64,000 nt of DNA, taken from NCBI RefSeq assembly GCF_009914755.1, contig NC_060926.1; one strand, given 5' to 3'. The notes beneath the pieces were generated by a model. The model worked only from the letters and a program-made list of their open reading frames with translations. It had not been told where the DNA came from and ran no database searches. Numbering within the stretch: the first letter of the stretch is position 1; each line of letters opens with the position of its first letter. This document shows, in pieces, positions 1 to 11,157 of this stretch. Source of the stretch: the human T2T-CHM13v2.0 reference genome, Homo sapiens. A program made the translations under genes and the position numbers.

Positions 1-108
1 GTGTTTGGTTTTCCATTCCTGAGTTACTTCACTTAGAATAATAGTCTCCAGTCTCATACAGGTCACTGCAAATGCTGTTAATTCATTCCTTTTTATGGCT
101 GCGTAGTA
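1..108 (-). mobile_element. LINE-1 fragment (ORF2 end / 3' UTR region, L1PB/L1MA-like)
   Basis: tttggttttccattcctgagttacttcacttagaataat...ttcctttttatggctgcgtagtat matches the antisense L1 3' region. Confidence 0.85.
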
Positions 109-869
109 TAATTTGAAAAGCTATTTTTTCTCCTTCAGGTCTAATGACAACATAGTGAAACAACAACTGGACCTTAGCAGGATTGATATTTAAATACAGA
201 ATTGCTGAAATATAAATGCAAAATCTGAATGTTAGTCTGTTTTGGGCAATGACAATGTACAGCTGTTAAATGTACAGCAAGATTTTTCTAGGCAACCCCT
301 ATTTTCTGGAACAGCTGGAACAGCCCCACTGATACCTGATTTATAGTTCAAGGAAATAAGTTTTGAAGGCTATGATTTGGCCACCTGCATCTAAATCTGT
401 GTGATAATGAGTCACATCATGGATGCAATTCAGAGGTATTTGAAGAATTCATCTGTGACTTCTTGGCTGAGAGTTTCTCCAGAAGAGTACCAGGGAAAAT
501 TGCATGTTTTCCTCTACTTGGCTGATATCAGTACTTCTGAGATTAAGAAATTGTGAAAATCTAAGGATGGGAAGGTAAGTAAACAATGTCTGGACACAGG
601 ATGGTCCAAATTTGCATGATTACTATTTTTTTTTTCTAGAAAGAAGTAGAGTTACAGAATTGAATGAACTGAGAACAAATCTAAAGTCCTACCATAACCT
701 TTGAGGGCCTCCTGATCTCACTCTGACTAGATTTTGACCTCTTTTCGGCCTCTCTCCCCAGTCTCCCTCCCCACTTTCTAACTGCACAGGCCCCTTGCTC
801 TTATTCTCCTGCTCAGGCTTTGGCCATCCTTCCCTCTGTCCTATGGTCTCTGCCCCAGCAGGTCCACAT

Positions 870-1170
870 GACTCACCCCCCACACTTCCTTCAGCTCTCT
901 GTTCAAGTGTCACCCAGTTAGAGCAGACTTCCCTGACCACCATCCATAGGACTGGCACCCCACCCTAAGTCCCTCATTGTGCTTTTTTGTGCTTCATAGC
1001 CCTGTTATCATCTGACTTTTATCTTGTGCTTTGTTGTCTATTTCTGCAACTAAAGAGCAAGCTTAATGAGAACAGGGGCATTCTGTTTTGTTGTTCACTG
1101 ATGTTGAATCTCCATACTAGAAAAGTGCCCAGGGACCTAATAAATATCTGTTGAAAGAATGAGTCAATGA
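870..1170 (+). mobile_element. L2 LINE 3' end fragment
   Basis: cttccctgaccacc...ttgttcactgatg...aataaatatctgttgaaagaatga is the typical L2 3' terminus; boundaries approximate. Confidence 0.7.
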
Positions 1171-1444
1171 TGAAAGGAGAGCAATGTGAATGCATAGTAT
1201 TTCCTTTTAGACTTGTTGAGGCTCTGTTGAGAACTTGAAGAGTGACCACTGGGTAGCCACAGCTGTCTTCACCAATCTCATGAAGTCACACTCTTTGCTG
1301 ACCATACTGTGCCAGAGGGCTTGGCATGCTATTGTTCTTCTGAGTGGAGGACTTCAGGTTGTTTGTCTTAGTTCTGATTGTGCAAGGGAAATGAGCCTTT
1401 AAAAGACCTGGTGCCATCATATTTATCAGGGTGCTTTGGAGTCC

Positions 1445-1900
1445 TTACTCATTCACTCATTGATTTACCAAACATTTATGGAGCACTTACTGTGCTTCAA
1501 ATGCTTAAGGGTCAGAGATGAATGTCTTGGGTTCCCTGCTTCCAAGGAATTGTCTAAGGTCTATCGAAGGAGGCAAGTGAAGAGAAAGTCACAATTCTGG
1601 ATGATTAGCACTCTGTAAGGACAGGAAGTTGTGGAGCCTACAGGAGGTGTACCCAACCCAGCTTACAGGGAGTAGTGTGAAAGAACAGGCTTCCCAACAA
1701 GATAGAAAAACTTTGAAGGAAACTAAAGATTATTTAGGTGGAGGTGGTGGAAATCTTTCCAGAAAGAGAAAACAGGGTGTAAAACATCCAAGAGCTGAGA
1801 GAACTTGGCACAACTAAAACTGAAGTAGACTATTCTGCCTAGATAATAAAATACTCCAGATAGGAGAAGGAAGAGATGAAACTGGAGAAATAGTGCTTAA
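1445..1900 (-). mobile_element. L2 LINE fragment
   Basis: Begins cattcactcattgatttaccaaacatttatggagcacttactgtg (antisense L2 3' end), then purine-rich degenerate L2 sequence; right boundary uncertain. Confidence 0.6.
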
Positions 1901-1995
1901 TGCTGCAAGGAAAAATTAAGCTTATCAAAAGCAAATTCCAGAACTGCATGTATCTAGGCCTCTAGGTGGGTTTCCCAAGGAACCTTCAAGGGAAC

Positions 1996-2360
1996 TGATT
2001 GGTTTGGCTGTGTCCCCACCCAAATCTCATCTTGAATTGTAGCTCCCATAATCCCCATGTGTCATGGGAAGGACCCAGTGGGAAGTAATTGAATCATGGG
2101 GGTGGGTTTTTCCCATGCTGTTCTTATGATACTGAATAGGTCTCATGAGATCTGATGGTTTTATAAAGGGCAGTTCCCCTGCACATACACACTCTCTTGC
2201 TTGTCACCATGTGAAGAAGGACGTTTTCTTCCCCTTCTGCCATAAGTTTCCTGAGGCCTACCCAGCTGTGCTGAAGTGTGAGTCAATTAAATCTCTTTCC
2301 ATTATAAATTACCCAGTCTTGGGTATGTCTTTATTAGAAGCATAAGAACAGACTAATACA
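1996..2360 (+). mobile_element. THE1 (THE1C/D-like) MaLR 5' LTR
   Basis: tgattggtttggctgtgtccccacccaaatctcatcttgaattgtag...gactaataca; TG...CA termini; followed directly by internal sequence. Confidence 0.95.
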
Positions 2361-3052
2361 GTAAATTGGTACTGGGTAGTGGGGTGCTGCTGTAAAGATA
2401 CCCAGAAATATGGAAGTGACTTTGGAACTAGGTAACAGGCAGAGGTTGGAACAGTTTGGAGGACTCAAAGAAGATAGAAAAATGTGAGAAAGTTTGGAAC
2501 TTCCTAGGTATTTGGAGGACTCAGAAGACAGGAAGGTGTGGGAAAGTTTGGAACTTCCTAGAGACTTGTTGAATGGCTTTGACCAAAATGTTGATAGTGA
2601 TATGGATAATGAAGTCCAGCCTCAGGTGCTCTCAGATGAAGATGAGGAACTCGTTGGGAACTGGAGCAAAGGTGGCTCTTGTTATGCTTTAGCAAAGAGA
2701 CTGGAGGCATTTTACCTTGCTGTAGAGATCTGTGGAACTTTGAACTTGAGAGAGATGATTTGGGGTATCTGGCAGAAGAAATTTCTAAGTGGCAAAGCAT
2801 TCAAGAGGAAGCAGAGCATAAAAGTTTTGAAATTTTTCAGCCTGACAATGCGATAGTAAAGAAAAACCCATTTTCTGGGGAGAAATTCAAGCTGGCTGCG
2901 GAAATTTGCATAAGCAATGAGGAGCCAAATGTTAATCACCAAGACAATGGGGAAAATATCTTCAGGGCATGTCAGAGATCTTCACGCAGCTCCTCCCATC
3001 ACAGGCTCAGAGGCCTAGGAGGAAAAAATGGTTCCCTGGGCCAGGCCCAGGG
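2361..3052 (+). mobile_element. THE1-int (MaLR internal region), 3'-truncated
   Basis: Starts gtaaattggtac immediately after the LTR. ORFs 2494-2856 and 2679-3095 give the MaLR ORF peptides ELPRDLLNGFDQN..DSDMDNEV and RDLWNFELERDDLGYLAEEISK in two frames (frameshifted). Confidence 0.93.
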
Positions 3053-4345
3053 AACATGTGGTATTTGGTTTTCTTTTCCTATGTTAGTTTGCTAAGAATA
3101 ATGGCCTGCAGCTTGAACCATGTCCCTGCAAAGGACATGATCTCATTTCATTTTATGGCTGCATAGTATTCCATGGTGTATATGTATCACCTTTTATTTA
3201 TCCAGTCTACCATTGATGATCATTTAGGTTGATTTCATGTCTTTGCTATTGTGAGTAGTCCTGCAATGAACATACACATGCATGTATCTTTATAATAGAA
3301 TGATTTCTATTTTTTTTGGGTATATATCCAGTAATGGGATTGCTGGGTCAAATGGTAGTTCTGTTTTTAGGTCTTTGAGGAATTGCTACACCATCTTCCA
3401 CAATGGTTAAACTAGTTTAAATTCCCACCAACAGTCTAAAAGTGTTCCTTTTTCTCCACAACCTTGCCAGCATCTGTTGTTTTTTGACTTTTTAATAATA
3501 GCTTTTCTGACTGGTGTGAGATGGTATCTCATTGTGGTTTTGATTTCCATTTCTCTAACCATCAGTGATGTGGAGCTTTTTTTTTATATGTTTTTTGGCC
3601 ACATATATGTATTCTTTTGAGAAATGTCTGTTCATGTCCTTTTGCCCACTTTTTAATTTTTTTTGTAAATTTAATTTTCTTATAGATGCTGGATATTAGA
3701 CCTTTGTCAGATGCATAGTTTGTGGAAATTTTCTCCCATTCTGTAGGTTATCTGGTTACTCTCTTGATGATTTCTTTTGCTGTGCAGAAGCTCTTTAATT
3801 TAATTATATCCCATTTGTCAATTTTGCTTTGGGCATCTTCGTTATGAAATCTTTGTCTATGCCTATGTCCTGAATGGTATTGCCCAGGTTTTTTTCTAGG
3901 CTTTTTATAGTTTTTGTTTTTACATTTAAGTCTTTAATCCATCTTGAGTTAGTTTTTGTATATGGTGTAAGGAAGGAGTCCAGTTTCAATTTTCTGATTA
4001 TGGCTAGCCAGTTCTACCAGCAACATTTGTTAAATAGGGAACCCTTTCCCTGTTGCTTGTTTTTGTCAGGTTTGTTAAAGATCAGATGGTTGTAGGTGCA
4101 TGATCTTATCTCTGGGTTCTCTATTCTTTTTCATTGGTCTATGTGTCTGTTCTTGTACCAGTACCATGCCATTTTGGTTACTGTAGCCTTGAAGTATAGT
4201 TTGAAGTTGGGTAGCAGGATGTCTCCACCTTTGTTTTTTTTTGCTTAAGATTGCCTTGGCTATTCAAGCTGTTTTTTGGTTCCATGTGAATTTTAAAATA
4301 GTTTCTAATTCTGTTTGAAGAATGTCAACGTTAGTTTAATGAGAA

Positions 4346-4903
<558 letters not shown>

Positions 4904-5641
4904 CTAAATCATCTCTGATTTCTTTGAGCAGTGGTTTGCAGTTCTTTGTGAAGAGGTCCTTCACTTCCCTTGTTAGCTGGATTCCTAAGTATTTTATTCT
5001 CTTTGTGGCAATTGTGAATGAGAATTCATTTGTGATTTGGCCCTGGGCTTGCCTGTTGTTGTTGTATAGGAATGCTAGTGATTTTTGCACATTGATTTTG
5101 TATCCTGAGACTTGGCTGAAGTTGCTTATCAGTTTAAGAAGCTTTTGGGCTGAGACAGTGGGGTTTTCTATATATGGGATCATGTCATATGCAAACAAAG
5201 GTAGTTTGACTTTCTCTCCTCCTATTTGAATATGCTTTATTTCTTTCTCTTGTCTGAATTTCCTGCCAGAACTTCCAATACTATGTTGAATAGGAGTGAT
5301 GAGAAAGGGCAATCTTGTCTTATGCTGGTTTTCAGGAGGAATGCTTCCAACTTTTGCCCATTCAGTATGATATTGGCTGTGGGTTTGTCATATATGGCTC
5401 TTATTATTTTCAGGTATGTTTATAATATCTAGTTTATTGAGAATTTTTAACATAAAGGGAGGTTGAATTTTATCAAAGGCCTTTTATGCATCTATTGAGA
5501 TAATCATGTGGTTTTTGTCTCTAGTTCTGTTTATGTGATGAATCACATTTATTGATTTGTTTATGTTGAACCAGCCTTGCATCCCAGGGATGAAGCCTAT
5601 TCGATTGTGGTCATAACCTTTTTGATATGCTGCTGGATTCA

Positions 5642-5743
<102 letters not shown>

Positions 5744-6039
5744 TTATTAGCATGATGCTGGCTTCATAGAATGAGGTAGAGAAGAGTCCCTTCTTTTCAT
5801 TTTTTTAGAATGGTTTCAGTAGAAATGGTACCAGCTCTTCTTTGTACCTCTGGTAGAATTCAACTGTGAATCTGTATGGTCCTGGGCTTTTGTGTGGCTT
5901 TTTTTTTTTTTTTTTTTTGGGGGGGGGTTGGTAGGCTTTTATTACTGCATCAATTTCAGAACTTGTTATTGGTCTATTCAGGGATTCAATTTCTTCCTGG
6001 TTCAATCTTGGGAGGGTATATGTGTCCAGGAAATTATCC

Positions 6040-6044
<5 letters not shown>

Positions 6045-6128
<84 letters not shown>
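6045..6128. repeat. Compound microsatellite (AT)22 + T41
   Basis: Read directly from the sequence; lies inside the L1 ORF2 region. Confidence 0.98.
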
Positions 6129-6131
<3 letters not shown>

Positions 6132-7890
6132 TATGTGCATAGAGGTGTTTATAGTATTCTCTGATGGTGGTTTGTATTTCCTTGGAGTCAGTGGTAATAT
6201 CCCCCTTATCATTTCTAGTTGTGTTTATTTGAATATTTTCTCTTTTTTTCTTTATTTGTGTAGATAGCAGTGCATCTATCTTATTAATTTTTTCAAAAAA
6301 CCAGCTCCTGTGTTCATTGACTTTTGAATGGTTTTGTTTGTGTCCCTATCTCCTTCAGTTCAGCTCTGATATTGGTTATTTCTTGTCTTATGCTAGCTTT
6401 GGGGTTTGTTTGCTCTTGGTTGTCTAGTTCTTTCAGTTGTGTTGTTAGGTCATTAACTTGATATCTTTCTAGCTTTTTGATACAGGCATTTAGTGCTATT
6501 AATTTGCCTCTTAACACTGTTTTAGCTGCATCCTACAGATTCTGGTACATTATATCTTTGTTCTCATTAGTTTCAAAGAACCTCTTGATTTCTGCCTTAA
6601 TTTCATTATTTACCCAAAAATCTTTCAGGAGCAGATTGTTCAATTTCCATGTAGTTGTATGGTTTTGAGTAAATTTTTTAATCTTGAGTTCTAATTTGAT
6701 TGCACTGTGGTCTGAGAGATTGTTTGTTATGAATTCAGTTCTTTTGCATTTGCTGAGGAGTGTTTTACTTCCAAATATGTGATCAATTTTAGAGTAAATG
6801 CTATGTGGTGATGAGAAGATTATATATTCTGGGTTTTTTTTTTTTTTTTTTTTGTAGTGGGGATGTGGTGTGGAGAGTTCTATAGATATCTATCAGGCCC
6901 ACTTGATCGAGACCTGAGTTCTGATCTTGAAGATCTTTGTTAATTTTCTGTCATGATGATCTGTCTAATATTGTCAGTGGGATGTTAAATTCTCCCATTA
7001 TTATTGTGTGGTTGTCTCAGTCTCTTTGAAAATCTCCAAGAATTTGCTTCATGAATCTGGGTGCTGCTGTATTGGATGCATATATATTTAGGATAGCTAG
7101 CTCTTCTTCTTGAATTGAACCTTTACCATTATATAATGCCCTTCTTTGTCTTTTTTGGTCTTTTTTGATCTAGGATTGCAACCCATGCTTTTTTCTATTT
7201 TCCATTTGCTTGGCAAATTTTTCTCCATGCCTTTATTTTGAGCCCATGTGTGTCTTTGCATGTGAGATGAGTCTCTTAAGACAGCATGCCAATGGGTCTT
7301 GGTTGTTTATCCAGCTTGATATTCTGTGTCTTTTAAATGGGGGCATTTAGCTTATTTATATTTAAGGTTAGTATTATTATGTGTGGATTTGGTCCTTTCA
7401 TCATGAGGCTAGCTGTTCATTTTGCAGACTTGTTTATGTGGTTGCTTCATAATGTCTCTGCTCTGTGTACTTCAGTGTGTTTTTGCAGCTGCTGGTAATG
7501 GTTATTCCTCTCCACATTGAGTGCTTCCTCCAAGAGCTCTTGTAAGGCAAGTCTGGTGGTAAAAAATTCCCTCAGCATTTGCTTGTCAGAAAAAGATCTT
7601 ATTTCTCCTTTGCTTATGAAGCTTAGTTTCTATGGATATGAATTCTGTGTTGGGAATTTTTTTCTTTAAGAATGATGAATATTGGCCTCGAGTCTCTTCT
7701 GGCTTGTAGAATTTCTGCTGTGGGGTCTGCTGCTAGTCTGATGGGCTTCCCTTTGTAGGTGACCTGGCCTTTCTCTCTGGCTGCCCTTAACATTTTTTAT
7801 TTCATTTCGACTTTGTAGAATCTGATGATTATGTATTTTGGGGATGATCTTCTCATGGAGTATCTTACTGGGTTCTGCTTTTCCTAAATT

Positions 7891-8325
7891 TTAATGTTGG
7901 CCTGTCTTACTAGGTTGGTATAGTTTTCCTGGATGATATCCGGAAGTACGTTTTCCACGTTGGTTCCCTTCTCCCTCTCTTTCAGGTACCCCAATCAGTT
8001 TTAGATTCAGTCTCTTTACATAATCCCATATTTCTTGGAGGTTTTGTTCATTCATTTTCGTTCTTTTTTTTCCTCTATTCTTGTCTGACTGTCTTATTTC
8101 AAAAAGATAGTCTTCAAGCTCTGAGATTCTTTCCTCCAGTTGGTCTATTCTGCTATTAATACTTGTGATTGCATTGTGAAGTTCTCGTAGTGGGTTTTTC
8201 AGCTCTATCAAAACAGTTATGTTCCTTTCTATATTGGCTATTTTTGCTGTCAGCTGCTGCATTGTTTTATCATGATTTTTAGCTTCCTTGCATTGGGTTA
8301 CAACATGCTTGTTTAGCTTGGTGTG
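7891..8325 (-). pseudogene. L1 ORF1p remnant (coiled-coil end and start of RRM)
   Basis: ELKNPLRELHNAITSINSRIDQLEERISELED...NEQNLQEIWDYVKRLNLKLIGVPEREGE. Confidence 0.9.
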
Positions 8326-8841
8326 TATGATGGTTAATATTGAGTGCCAACTTGATGTGATTGAAGGATGCAAAGTATCCTTCCTGGGTGTGTCTGTGAG
8401 GGTGTTGCCAAAGAAGATTAACATTTGAGTCAGTGGACTGGGAAAGGCACACCCACCCTCAATATGGGTGGGCACAATCAAATCAGCTGCCAGCATGGCC
8501 CGAATAAAAAGCAGGCAGAAAAACGTGCAAAGACTAGACTGGCTGAATGTTCTGGCCTCCATCTTTCTCCCATGCTGGATGCTTCCTGCTCTTGAACATT
8601 GGACTCCCAAGTTCTTCAGCTTTTGGACTCTTGGATCTTCGGCCACAGACTGAAGGTTTCACTGTAGGCTGCGCTACTTTTGAGGTTTTGGGACTTGGAC
8701 TGGCTTCCTTACTCGTCAGCTTGCAGATGGCCTATCACGGGATCTAATCTTGTGATCGTGTGAGTCAATACTCCATAATAAACTCCCCTTTATATATACA
8801 TCTATCCTATTAGTTCTGTCCCCCTAGAGAACCCTAATACA
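8326..8841 (+). mobile_element. MLT2A (MLT2A1-like) ERVL solo LTR inserted in L1 ORF1
   Basis: tatgatggttaatattgagtgccaacttga...aataaactcccc...ctagagaaccctaataca; L1 resumes on both sides. Confidence 0.93.
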
Positions 8842-8904
8842 GTGAAGTTCATTTTTATCTGCATTCTGAAGCCTGCTTCTGTCATTTCAGCCATCTCAGC
8901 CTGA

Positions 8905-9309
<405 letters not shown>

Positions 9310-9589
9310 TCTTTCTCATCTTTGTGAGCTTATCTGCCTTCGATCTTTGAGGTTGCTGACCTTTGGATGGGGTTTTTGTGTTTTTGTTGTTTCTCTTTTA
9401 ACAGTCTGGCCACTCTTCCATAGGGCAGCTGTGGTTTGCTGGGGGTCCATTGCAGACCCTAGTCATGTTGGTTTTTCCTGTACCTGGAGGTCTCACCACT
9501 GAAGGCCGAAAAATAACAAAGATGACAGCCTGCCCCTTCCTCTGGAATCTCCGTCCCAGGGTATTACTGACCTGTTGCTAGCTTGAATG

Positions 9590-10400
9590 CACCTGTATAA
9601 GGTGGCTGGAATCCCCATTTGCAGGGTTTCACCCAGTCAGGAGGAATAGGATCAGGAAGCTGCTTAAAGAAGCAGTCTGGCTACTTTTTGTTAGAGCGTC
9701 TGTGCTGTATTGGGGATCCTCATTCAGCCCTTGATTTGTTTGGGCTCACCAAGGCCCACAGGCTGGACCAGCTGAGATGCCCAAACAAAGAGCCAAGGCG
9801 GTGGCCTGGCCTGACCTGACCCCCAGGCACTCTCTTTCAGGGAGAAATTAGAACTCTGTCAGCTGTAGAACGTGGGTGGGGGTAGCCAGAGGCTCTGGCT
9901 GGGAGGACCCACCCCAGGAGGAGAGAATGAATCAGGGCCCCACTTAAAGAAGCAGCCTGGTCACACCTAGACAAAACAGCCACGCCATGCTGGGGAACCA
10001 CCTCTGCCCCTGTCTGCCTGGACTCTGCAAAGCCTGCAGGCTGGAACAGCTGAGTCATCAAAACAACCAAGGTGGCAGCCCTCCCCTGCCCCTGGACACT
10101 CCTTCCTAGGGAGAGATCAGAGCTCCGTTCATAGAATACATGTATCTGGGGGTAACTGGAGGCCCCAGCTGGGAGGTCCTACCCAGTGAGGAGGAATGGA
10201 TCAGATGGATTCACCTTAAAGAAGCAGTCTGGCCTGGCCACGTTCTAGCAAAGCAGCTGTGCTGTGCTGGGGGGGTCCCTTCCTCGTCGGGACTATTTGG
10301 ACTCTCCAAAGCTTGCAGGCTGGAATGGCTGAGTCAACCAAACAGCAGAGATGGCAGCCCACCCCTCCTACCAGGGGCTCCATCCTGTCTCAGGCAGGCT
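9590..10400 (-). repeat. Three ~275-bp diverged tandem units in the L1 5' UTR
   Basis: Anchor cttaaagaagcag at 9663, 9943 and 10215, each with similar flanks (ggaggaat..atcag; caggctgga). Confidence 0.8.
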
Positions 10401-10967
10401 CCACCTAGTTGCCGGTGGCTGGCTGGAATTCCAAGCCAGTGGGTCTTACCTTGTGAGGTGCTATGGAAGTAGAGCCCACAGACTGACGCTGCTCAGCCAT
10501 CTGGATTCAACCACCTTCCTAGGGGTATGTATGTATCTCATGCCTTGCCTGAGTTGCAGACACCTTTGTTGGGAATCCTGGAACTGGAGTATGTAAAGCT
10601 CCTGGGTCTCTGTGTGTGCCTGTACAGCTGCTCTGCCAACACTCCACACCACAGCTCTGTGTGTCAGACCCAAGGCTCTGGTCGTATGGACTCACAAGGG
10701 GATCTCCTGATCTATGAGTTGCAAAGATCCTGTGGGAGAAGCGTGGTTTCCCGGGGGTCGCGCATTCACTCACCACTTCCCTTGGCTGGGGGTGGGGGGT
10801 CCCTTGGCTCCCTGTTGCTCCTGGGTAGGCCATCGCCCCACCCTGTTTTTCTTCATTTTCTGCAGTTCGAGTTGTTTCTCTCATCATCCAAATGTGAGTA
10901 CCTAGATATTTCAGTGAAGGTGCTGCATTCACTCGCCCCTTTCATTCCTCTCCATGAGTGCCACAGA

Positions 10968-11037
10968 CTGCAGCTGTTTTAATTGGGTATCTTGGCCCCC
11001 TTCCTGGGCCAAGATAGCCAGTTAGAAACAGCTGCAG
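10968..11037. repeat. Inverted repeat (31/32-bp arms, 7-nt spacer) at the L1 5' end
   Basis: ctgcagctgttttaattgggtatcttggccc-ccttcct-gggccaagatagccagttagaaacagctgcag; 29 of 32 positions pair. Confidence 0.9.
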
Positions 11038-11157
11038 CTCTAGTTGTGAAGTTTCAGTGCTGTGTAGTGTTCTATGGTATGATCGTCACACAGTTTTATT
11101 TTTTTCTTTCCATGTTGATGGAAAAGATATGGAAAGAAAATTTAGAAAATTTTAAAA

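Noticed and set aside
2440-2565. Repeated aaagtttggaacttcctag / tttggaggactca in THE1-int
   Set aside because: I recall this duplication as part of THE1/MST internal consensus sequences, so it is probably not locus-specific.
1991-3055. ggaac on both sides of the THE1 segment as a possible TSD
   Set aside because: The right-hand gaac is explained by L1 sequence (gagaacatg) and there is no 3' LTR; likely coincidence.
5805-6267. ORFs with poly-K, poly-F and IY repeats
   Set aside because: Translation of the (AT)n/Tn microsatellite within decayed L1 ORF2.
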